Below, in pieces: positions 1-7,368 of a stretch of DNA of 20,000 nucleotides; position 1 is the first letter of the stretch, and every line of letters starts with the position of its first letter. The notes beneath the pieces are model-generated. The model ran no database searches. It was not told the DNA's origin and saw only the letters and a list, made by a program, of their open reading frames with translations. Made by a program: the position numbers and the translations under genes. Where the stretch lies: sequence record SRR31156797_381; one strand, given 5' to 3'.

Positions 1-395
1 AGAAGTACCTTTACCATCTGCTGAACCTGCATTTTATCTGCATGCCCATATCCGCACACAGCTTGCTTCACCTGCATTGGAGTATATTCATAAAGATTAT
101 CTGAGCCAATAAGATTATTACCAGCTATTACGCAGACACCCCTCGCCTGCCCTACATCAATGCCAGTTGTTACATTACGATAAAAGAAAAGCTCCTCATA
201 AGCAATATTATCAGGCTTATGGCAATTAATAAGCTCTGTAATATCCTCATATATTATGGAGAGACGCTTGGGCAAAGGCATTTTGGCAGGGGTTGATATA
301 ATGCCATAATCTATAAGCCTTGTACATCTGTTATTCTTTTCTACGACTCCGAAGCCAATAGTCGCCAGCCCGGGGTCAATACCTAGAATTATCAT
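1..395 (-). CDS. ruvC: Holliday junction resolvase RuvC (5' part; runs off the window start)
   Basis: Not in the ORF track. Manual translation from ATG at 395 gives [19 protein letters not shown]...[23 protein letters not shown]...[31 protein letters not shown], which contains the RuvC ILGIDPG, EELFF, QARG and YTPxQVKQAVxGYGxAxK motifs. Confidence 0.96.
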   Translation of the reverse strand, partial: [131 protein letters not shown]

Positions 396-401
396 TATAA
401 T

Positions 402-410
402 ATTGTATCA
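402..410 (-). promoter_or_regulatory. Extended -10 promoter element (TGaTACAAT) for ruvC
   Basis: The minus strand reads TG-a-TACAAT-attata-ATG, with 6 nt to the start codon and no SD. Confidence 0.5.
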
Positions 411-469
411 TATTATTGTTGGTTAATGCTAGTCATTTTGTTGCACAATACAGAACATTTAATTCTAAT

Positions 470-500
470 AAAAAAAGAAGCAACATAAAGCACTTCTTTC
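470..500 (-). terminator. Probable intrinsic terminator after the GNAT gene
   Basis: The minus strand reads gAAAGAAG-tgctttatgttg-CTTCTTT followed by more T's, about 45 nt past the stop at 545. The stem is weak. Confidence 0.5.
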
Positions 501-544
501 AAATTATATAGTATTAACAATTGAATAACCAATTGCATTCATCA

Positions 545-1468
545 TTACTTTTTCAAAATATATGGAATATCTGTGCATATTGGTTCGAATCCTAATCGTT
601 TATAAAATACCTGATCAGAGCCTACATACATTTTTATTGCTCCCAAATCAATACTTCTGTTAATTAATTCATTGATTACTGCCCTGCCAAGACCTTTCTT
701 TTGTTCAGAAACAATTGTACCTACCGGTTCAAGTATAGCAATTTCATTTTTACTATCAAACCATGCATTAGCAAATGATCCAACACTCCCATTATCGTTT
801 AGTACAAACAAATCCAATTCTGTGCGATAATCAGGCTGTAGTCTCATAGCATCAAAGCCTATAGCACAATTTAACTTAAGCTTTTCATCTGCATCATACC
901 CAAATGCCAAGCGATGTGAATCAGAACGTTCAGTACTTGAAACCTCATCTCTGTTTACGATACAGTAACCTTTTGGCAGGATTACATCTCTCTTATAATC
1001 AATTAACAATACTGATGCCTTCTCTTCCCAATCACCCTTTTTGTATCCTCTTTTCTTTGCTATATCAGCAGCCTTTTGATTTTCCTTCGCTATACGTAAT
1101 ATGACTTCCATGTTACCATCTTTTTTAATCATTAAATTAGTTTCTACAAAGTCAAACATTTCATTTAATACAGAAGCAGGCAAATCATATGTTGAAATCT
1201 GAAAAAATGCTTCTCCTCTAAGTTCTCCCTCTGTGTTTACTATGGCTATCAGTTCATCATCAGCGTACCATAGTCGATTATGTTCCTCAAAGTATTTATC
1301 GTCAGTTCCATTCATTGCAGCAGAAACGGTAATAGTAAACTCCAGTCTGTCAATAAACCAATTGGGAGATATATCAAAAGTCTTATAGTGTCTTATAAGA
1401 AAATTTCTGACCTCTAAATATCTATCCATTGTCATTTGCATACTAGTAATCCTGCAGTTTTCATACAT
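545..1468 (-). CDS. GNAT family N-acetyltransferase (307 aa, C-terminal GNAT domain)
   Basis: Acetyl-CoA motif A (EPVGTIVSEQKKGLGRAV) and FYKRLGF near the C-terminus; strong SD AGAGGAGG 8 nt before the ATG. Confidence 0.9.
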   Translation of the reverse strand: MYENCRITSMQMTMDRYLEVRNFLIRHYKTFDISPNWFIDRLEFTITVSAAMNGTDDKYFEEHNRLWYADDELIAIVNTEGELRGEAFFQISTYDLPASVLNEMFDFVETNLMIKKDGNMEVILRIAKENQKAADIAKKRGYKKGDWEEKASVLLIDYKRDVILPKGYCIVNRDEVSSTERSDSHRLAFGYDADEKLKLNCAIGFDAMRLQPDYRTELDLFVLNDNGSVGSFANAWFDSKNEIAILEPVGTIVSEQKKGLGRAVINELINRSIDLGAIKMYVGSDQVFYKRLGFEPICTDIPYILKK

Positions 1469-1527
1469 TATATTTTCCTCCTCTTACGATATCTTGGTCC
1501 TTAACGTATATCACAACTACTCTAATA

Positions 1528-1556
1528 TTGCTAATTCCTACATCCCATAGTATAAT
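1528..1556 (+). promoter_or_regulatory. Sigma-A promoter of the raiA-motif RNA
   Basis: TTGCTA (1528-1533), 17 nt spacer, TATAAT (1551-1556). The predicted start (about 1562-1564) coincides with the 5' end of the RNA's closing stem. Confidence 0.85.
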
Positions 1557-1563
1557 GAGTAGC

Positions 1564-1770
1564 ATCTTTGCAGGTCTGTGATTGAAAGTCGATGCTAGTC
1601 GCGGGCAAAACGATCCACATAAGCTGATAAAAATATCAGTGAGCATGGCGCGGTTTAGAGGTAAGTCCAGCCTTGGGAGACCAAGAGAGGTGAGGCGTGA
1701 TGGGAATACACCCTAAGCAAGACACTCAGCTGGCGGGTGTGGGGTCAAAAATCAGGTCAGCTGCAAAGAT
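1564..1770 (+). ncRNA. raiA motif RNA (large structured ncRNA, about 207 nt)
   Basis: GC-richer island closed by a perfect 10-bp stem, ATCTTTGCAG/CTGCAAAGAT. It carries, in order, the blocks I recognise from clostridial raiA-motif RNAs: TTGAAAGTCGATGC-AGTCGC, GGCAAAACGATCCAC-TAAG, TGAGCATGG-GCGG-TTAGA-GTAAGTCC-GCC, and GGCG-GTGTGGGGTCAAA-A-CAGGTCA. Internal hairpins are CTGATA-aaaa-TATCAG (1624-1639), CTTGG-GAGA-CCAAG (1672-1685, GNRA loop) and GGG-aataca-CCC (1702-1713). A T-rich tail follows (1771-1778). Confidence 0.93.
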
Positions 1771-1779
1771 TATTTTTTA

Positions 1780-2338
1780 TCAGTTTTTTATAGTCATTGA
1801 CTCACGTCTATTATACTCCCGCTCTAATAATGCATATTGATATGAGCTAAACCATAAAGGATTGCCATATTCATCTGCCTTAAAGAACATATTGTCAATC
1901 CTTGTGGCTTCTCTGCGAAAATTCACCCTCTCAAGCAATCTCCATGATGCCATATTCTCAGTATTGCAATATGCTATTATTCTGTGTGCTTTAAGTGAAT
2001 TAAATAAATAGTTTAACAGGCATATGACTGCTTCAGTTGCATACCCCTTGCCTTGGTAGTGCTTATTAAATACAAACCCTATCCCATATGTATCTACTTT
2101 TTCTGGAGTTATTTTATTAAAGTACAAGTTACCAATTAACTTGCCTGTACCCTTTAGACATACCACAATAAATGAAGGATTATCTGCCGGTTATCACTTC
2201 GTCCTCTGCCATATCCAAAGTAAATGGTTCATATGGCTCATATAGTACTACATCTGCGTCAGATAAATATTCATACAAATCATCTTTATCGCTGGACATA
2301 AATCTTCGGAGACTTAGACGCTTGCTTACTAATATCAT
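1780..2338 (-). pseudogene. RimJ/RimL-type GNAT acetyltransferase split by a frameshift near 2186-2193 (pseudogene or sequencing error)
   Basis: ATG at 2338 gives MILVSKRLSLRRFMSSDKDDLYEYLSDADVVLYEPYEPFTLDMAEDEVITGR* (stop 2180-2182), a typical RimJ N-terminus. The protein continues in another frame as ADNPSFIVVCLKGTGKLIG...YQGKGYATEA...NMASWRLLERVNF (ORF 1780-2166). Confidence 0.85.
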
Positions 2339-2370
2339 TATGTATCTCTTTACTAAACAAATAGTACTTT

Positions 2371-3114
2371 CTATTCTTTAGGCTTTCTCTTAATCTTATC
2401 CCACATTTTATATGTATGCGGTTTTTTAATCGCCAGCATAATATATTTCTGTGCATCATGGCCTTCAGCGAATTTATCCAAAAGCTTTATCAATTCTTTC
2501 ATATCCTGCCGTTTTGTTTCTCCGTCAGCTGGACATTGAGATTTGATAATTGGCAGACTATTTCGCTTCTGAGCGAGAATAACTTCCTTTTCTGAAGCAT
2601 ATATCATAGGACGTATCTGGGTAATATCTGCCCTGTCCATATATGTCAATGGTGCAAATGTATTCAGCCTGCCTTCATACAGCAATCCCATCAAAAACGT
2701 CTCAACTACATCATCTCTGTGATGCCCTAGTGCAATTTTATTAATATCATAACGCTTACAGACATCATGAATAGCACCCCTTCGCATCTTTGAGCACAAC
2801 GAGCAGGGATTCTTTTCCTGTCTGCTTTCAAAAACTACACTATAAATATTTGTCTTTTCCACATGATACGGGATATCCCATTCATCGCACAAATCCTGTA
2901 CAACCTGAGTATTCATATTCTCTTCTATTCCCATATCTATGGTTATTGCATGTAGTTCGAACTCGGCTTTGGAAAAATATCTAAACAGGTGCATTGCCTT
3001 TAGCAGCACCATGGAGTCTTTGCCGCCAGAAACCCCAACGGCAATTCTATCTCCATCTTGTATCATATCAAAGTCTTCAACTGCTCTCCTGATGCAGCTT
3101 AGAATATATCTCAT
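2371..3114 (-). CDS. ttcA: tRNA 2-thiocytidine(32) synthetase TtcA family protein
   Basis: PP-loop SGGKDS, CSLCSKMRRG, ALGHHRDD and IRPM motifs, plus a C-terminal Cys (CPADG). Confidence 0.88.
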   Translation of the reverse strand: MRYILSCIRRAVEDFDMIQDGDRIAVGVSGGKDSMVLLKAMHLFRYFSKAEFELHAITIDMGIEENMNTQVVQDLCDEWDIPYHVEKTNIYSVVFESRQEKNPCSLCSKMRRGAIHDVCKRYDINKIALGHHRDDVVETFLMGLLYEGRLNTFAPLTYMDRADITQIRPMIYASEKEVILAQKRNSLPIIKSQCPADGETKRQDMKELIKLLDKFAEGHDAQKYIMLAIKKPHTYKMWDKIKRKPKE

Positions 3115-3117
3115 ACA

Positions 3118-4944
3118 TTAAATTCCTAAAACTATATTTTCCTGCTCCTGTTTGAACTGATTAGTGTACAGATTATAATAATGACCATTGTTTTCTAGCA
3201 GTTCTTCATGTGTACCGTCTTCAATTATCTTGCCCTTTGAGATAACCAATATTCTGTCAGCATGTCGTATAGTTGACAGGCGGTGAGCAATGATGAAACT
3301 GGTTCTGCCCTGTAATACTTTTTCAATCGCAGACTGAATAATTGCTTCTGTCTCAGTATCAATAGAGCTTGTTGCCTCATCCAATACAAACAGTGCAGGA
3401 TCAGCAAGTATAGCACGAGCAAAGGAAATAAGCTGTTTCTCACCCGTTGAGAGCTTACTTCCGCCTTCACCTACTACTGAATCGTATCCATGAGACATTC
3501 TCTCGATGAAGTCATGAGCATTTACCATCTTTGCAGCTTCTATTACCTGCTCTTTAGTAGCATTTAGATTACCATAAGCAATATTATCATATATCGTACC
3601 AGAAAACAGGAATGGCGTCTGCAGCACGTAGCCTAAATTTGAGTGCAGCCATATCTGGGAACGCTCTCTGTAGTCAACTCCATCAATCAGCACTTCACCC
3701 TTTGTTGGTTCATAGAATCTGCACAGCAGATTTACAATTGTACTCTTTCCGCTTCCTGTCTCTCCGACTAAGGCTATAGTATCTCCCTTATTTACATTCA
3801 GATTAAAGTCTTCGAGCACTTTTTCGCCGGTTTTATACTTGAAGTCTATGTCCTTAAACTGGATATTACCCTCTAACTTTTCCCAGTTTTCTTTCTTTAG
3901 ATTAATTTCATCACCATATTTCGCTATAACATCATCTCTGTCAATAATATCACTGCTAGATTCAACTAATCCCAGAACTCTTTCTGCGGCAGCCTGTGAA
4001 GACTGAAGTTCACCAAAGATTCTGGCAATCTGGTAAATAGGTTCAAAAAACATAGCTGACATTGAGATGAAGAAATTCAGTTCACCGTACATGATAGCCT
4101 TATCCAACACCTGCTCGCCGCCAACAAACAGCATTACAGCAGTTGCAATTGCACCAATAGTCATAACAATAGGCATGTATATTGATGATACTGTAGCTGC
4201 CTTAATAGATGCTCTTCTCATTCCTGTTGTCAATCCGTCAAATTCCTCGAAGTTTTTATCCTCACGCATCAGGGTCTTTGTAGTGCGTGCACCCATTATA
4301 CCCTCGTTAAATGCTGATGTTATCTTTGAATTCATTTTCTTAACACGTCTTTGATATTTCAAGATTATTGTACTAAAATATCCTGACGCGAATGCTATAG
4401 GAATAATTACAGCAATTATTATCAATGCCAGTTTCCAGTTAATAATCAGCATTCCAATTAATGCTGCAATCATGAAGAACACGCCCCATACAATATCTAC
4501 TAATGCCCATGCAATAGTCTCCCCTAGTCTGTAGGCATCTGCCGTCATTCTTGCCATAATAAACCCAACAGGTGTTACGTCATAATATGACAGCGATAGT
4601 TTCTGCAATTTATCGAAAGCATCATTTCTGATATCATATGTAATATGAGTCTCCAGAATTCCTGCCTTAAAAATAAAGAAAAAGACTAAAACTCCTGCAA
4701 CAAGTCCAATAGCCAGATATCCTATTGCAAAATTAGTTAAACCAGTACTGTCTCCTGCAATTACAAATTCGTCCAATGCATAGGACCTCATATATGGCAG
4801 GACTACGTCTACTACAGCCATTACTATCATAGCTATACTCATCAATATCAGATGTTTTTTGTGGTTCATAGCATAGGTTAAGAGTTTACCCCAGGTTTTT
4901 ATCTCAACCTTTTTATATTCAAATTCCTCTTCATAGTAATTCAT
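3118..4944 (-). CDS. ABC exporter half-transporter (TMD+NBD), second subunit of a heterodimer
   Basis: N-terminal transmembrane domain, Walker A GETGSGKST, degenerate signature LSTGE, Walker B FVLDE and H-switch AHRL. The start is moved to ATG 4944 because the GTG at 4953 lies within the SD AAGGAGGTG. Confidence 0.95.
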   Translation of the reverse strand: MNYYEEEFEYKKVEIKTWGKLLTYAMNHKKHLILMSIAMIVMAVVDVVLPYMRSYALDEFVIAGDSTGLTNFAIGYLAIGLVAGVLVFFFIFKAGILETHITYDIRNDAFDKLQKLSLSYYDVTPVGFIMARMTADAYRLGETIAWALVDIVWGVFFMIAALIGMLIINWKLALIIIAVIIPIAFASGYFSTIILKYQRRVKKMNSKITSAFNEGIMGARTTKTLMREDKNFEEFDGLTTGMRRASIKAATVSSIYMPIVMTIGAIATAVMLFVGGEQVLDKAIMYGELNFFISMSAMFFEPIYQIARIFGELQSSQAAAERVLGLVESSSDIIDRDDVIAKYGDEINLKKENWEKLEGNIQFKDIDFKYKTGEKVLEDFNLNVNKGDTIALVGETGSGKSTIVNLLCRFYEPTKGEVLIDGVDYRERSQIWLHSNLGYVLQTPFLFSGTIYDNIAYGNLNATKEQVIEAAKMVNAHDFIERMSHGYDSVVGEGGSKLSTGEKQLISFARAILADPALFVLDEATSSIDTETEAIIQSAIEKVLQGRTSFIIAHRLSTIRHADRILVISKGKIIEDGTHEELLENNGHYYNLYTNQFKQEQENIVLGI

Positions 4945-4958
4945 CGTATCCACCTCCT

Positions 4959-6740
4959 TTATTCGGTAGCTGTCTGTATTTTCCAGATTCTTGAGTAAAG
5001 ACCAGGTTCATTGACCAGCTTATCATGTGTACCCTCCTGAACTATCCTGCCATCATCCAGAACCAAAATCTTGTCTGCCTCTTTCAGGGTAGTTATTCTA
5101 TGGGAAATAATGAATGTAGTCACACCCTTTTGTCTGTCTCTCAATTCACGTCGTATTTTCTTATCTGTTTCAGTATCAACGGCTGAAAGCGAATCGTCAA
5201 AGATTAATATGTCACTGTCCCTTAATACTGTTCTGGCAATTGCCACTCTCTGCTTTTGTCCGCCTGACAATGTAACTCCACGCTCACCAACCATGGTATC
5301 GTATCCATGCTCGAAGCCTTGAATAACATCATGAACAGAAGCTATCCTTGCGGCTTTATATATTGCTTCCTTATCTCTTTCATTCTGGGTTATTCCTATA
5401 TTATCTTCAATACTTCTGGAATAAAGAAATGGTTCCTGCAGTACAATGCCGATTCTTTTCCTCAAGTGGTTCTTGTCAATATCACGAATATCCACACCAC
5501 CTATAGTTATTGAACCACCATCAATATCATATAGTCTCTGCATAAGCTGAACTATTGTAGACTTACCAGTACCTGTCGCACCAAGGATTGCAATAGTTTC
5601 ACCGCTTTTAGCCTTGAATGATACATCTTTTAATACCACATTGTCATCATATCCAAAGTGAACATTTTTATATTCTATATCTTCATCCAGAAGCACAACA
5701 AGAGGATTTGTACCATTCTCTTCCCTCTTTTGAGTCATTATTTCATCCAGTCTGCCTGCTGCTATCAATGCTTTGCCAATATCTGATAGTATTCTGCCAA
5801 ACTGTCTGATTGGCCAAATCATCATCATAACATAGGAAATAAAAACAATGTATTGCCCTGCTGTAATGTCACCTCTAATAGTGAATAATATCCCCAATAC
5901 CATGCTGATAATTGTCTGTATACTAACCATACCATCAGAACCACCGTAAAAGAAACCGAAATATGAGATAAGTTTTAGTACCTTGTCTCTTAAGTCAACA
6001 CTGGTTTCCATAAACTTTTTACGTTCAAATTCCTGCCTTCCAAAGGCTCGAACTACACGAACACCAGTCAGTCCCTCCTGCAAAATGGTAGAAAGTTTAC
6101 CATCTGATTCTTCTACCAATGTAAACTGTTGCTGTACTTTCTTAAAAAACAATATTGAAAACAGTACAATAAACGGCATAAGTATAAGAGATGCCAGTGT
6201 TAAGTATCCGTTAATAGGTATCAGAATCACAAGTGCAATAACTATCATAGTAACTACCCTGACAAATTCAGTCATCTGAATAGCTAGGAACTTTCGTACC
6301 GTTTCCACATCCGTTGTACATCTCTGTATCAAATCACCTGTTTCTGTATTTACATGATAATCATATGGAAGCCTCTGCAAATGGTCATACAGAGAATTTT
6401 TCATCTTCCTTACTGTATTTTCACTACCAACAGCAACAAATCTTCCACGAACATATAACGCAAATGACCTTACAGCCATTATCGCAAAGAAAACTACTGC
6501 CAGTATCCATAGATTGCCTAGTAGAGCTTCCTGTCCGCCGCAAGCATCTACAAACTTTAGTATTACTGCGGGATATTCCAATTGATCAACTCTGGTCAAC
6601 AGGTCTATAAGCAATGCAACTATTAATGGTCCTAAGAAGTTAAAATAGTTTTCAAGTGTAACTCCTATAAAGCCTATCAGGAATTTCCCTCTAGAACCTT
6701 TAGTATACTCATATATAAATTTTAATTTTCGTCTATTCAT
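4959..6740 (-). CDS. ABC exporter half-transporter (TMD+NBD), first subunit of a heterodimer
   Basis: Walker A GATGTGKST, canonical LSGGQ and Walker B LIFDD (Asp in place of the catalytic Glu); SD AAGGGG. Confidence 0.95.
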   Translation of the reverse strand: MNRRKLKFIYEYTKGSRGKFLIGFIGVTLENYFNFLGPLIVALLIDLLTRVDQLEYPAVILKFVDACGGQEALLGNLWILAVVFFAIMAVRSFALYVRGRFVAVGSENTVRKMKNSLYDHLQRLPYDYHVNTETGDLIQRCTTDVETVRKFLAIQMTEFVRVVTMIVIALVILIPINGYLTLASLILMPFIVLFSILFFKKVQQQFTLVEESDGKLSTILQEGLTGVRVVRAFGRQEFERKKFMETSVDLRDKVLKLISYFGFFYGGSDGMVSIQTIISMVLGILFTIRGDITAGQYIVFISYVMMMIWPIRQFGRILSDIGKALIAAGRLDEIMTQKREENGTNPLVVLLDEDIEYKNVHFGYDDNVVLKDVSFKAKSGETIAILGATGTGKSTIVQLMQRLYDIDGGSITIGGVDIRDIDKNHLRKRIGIVLQEPFLYSRSIEDNIGITQNERDKEAIYKAARIASVHDVIQGFEHGYDTMVGERGVTLSGGQKQRVAIARTVLRDSDILIFDDSLSAVDTETDKKIRRELRDRQKGVTTFIISHRITTLKEADKILVLDDGRIVQEGTHDKLVNEPGLYSRIWKIQTATE

Positions 6741-6822
6741 TTCTTTCCCCTTATTTAAAAGCTCTTTTTAAGCTGATTATGAATTATTATTTGTGTCAGT
6801 CTGCTTATTCTAAAAAATGCAC

Positions 6823-6853
6823 AAAAAAGCCACAGGGTCTTAACCTGTGGCTT
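6823..6853 (-). terminator. Intrinsic terminator/attenuator in the ABC operon leader
   Basis: The minus strand reads AAGCCACAGG-ttaagac-CCTGTGGCTT-TTTTG: a perfect 10-bp stem with a U-tract, about 85 nt upstream of the ABC start. Confidence 0.88.
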
Positions 6854-6877
6854 CACATAACAAAATAGAACTGTTAT

Positions 6878-6949
6878 CTAAAATAACACAGCAGACCGAC
6901 TCGTATTCATCATTAACGCACCTAATGGATATCTTTTTTCATTATTCAT
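6878..6949 (-). CDS. Putative leader peptide (uORF), 23 aa: MNNEKRYPLGALMMNTSRSAVLF
   Basis: SD AAAGGAG 9 nt before ATG 6949 and TAG at 6878-6880. It lies between a sigma-A promoter and the terminator. Confidence 0.7.
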   Translation of the reverse strand: MNNEKRYPLGALMMNTSRSAVLF

Positions 6950-6982
6950 TAAATCGGTCTCCTTTCTTAAAAATTCTTATTT

Positions 6983-7011
6983 ATCATATCAGAATATACT
7001 AATAAAAGCAA
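6983..7011 (-). promoter_or_regulatory. Sigma-A promoter for the leader peptide/ABC operon
   Basis: TTGCTT (7011-7006), 17 nt spacer ending in TGa, TATGAT (6988-6983). Confidence 0.8.
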
Positions 7012-7017
7012 GAGGAA

Positions 7018-7356
7018 TTATATCATTTTTTCATTTAATTTTTTTCCGGCTAAAATATGCCAGTGTAAATGATTTACTGTCTGTCCTCCGTCCACTCCCG
7101 TATTAATAATCAGTCGGAATCCACCTTCCTGCAAACCTAGTTTCTCAGTAACTTTATATACACCTGCAGTAATATCATTTAATATATCTCTTTCATCTAC
7201 ACATCCTAGTATATTTTCGACATGCTTTTTGGGAATCACCAGTACATGAATAGGTGCCTGCGGTGAAATATCATTGATACAAATTACTTTGTCATCTTCA
7301 TAAACTATAGTTGATGGAATCTCTTTATTAACTATTTTACAAAAAATACAATCCAT
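7018..7356 (-). CDS. hinT: Histidine triad (HIT/HINT) nucleotide-binding protein
   Basis: MDCIFCKI start, PQAPIHVLVIPKKH and GGQTVNHLHWHIL (HxHxH triad). Confidence 0.95.
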   Translation of the reverse strand: MDCIFCKIVNKEIPSTIVYEDDKVICINDISPQAPIHVLVIPKKHVENILGCVDERDILNDITAGVYKVTEKLGLQEGGFRLIINTGVDGGQTVNHLHWHILAGKKLNEKMI

Positions 7357-7368
7357 AATATCCTCTTT

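Noticed and set aside
1461-1646. 61-aa minus-strand ORF
   Set aside because: It has no SD or recognisable motif and is the antisense shadow of the raiA-motif RNA and its promoter.
1564-1770. Alternative reading as a MITE (10-bp terminal inverted repeats), 6S RNA or a riboswitch
   Set aside because: There is no clear target-site duplication and no same-strand downstream gene. The internal blocks match the raiA motif, and the inverted repeat is its closing helix.
2500-2820. TtcA has only one CxxC plus a single C-terminal Cys
   Set aside because: Three-Cys ligation of the Fe-S cluster is compatible with TtcA function, so this is not evidence of a new activity.
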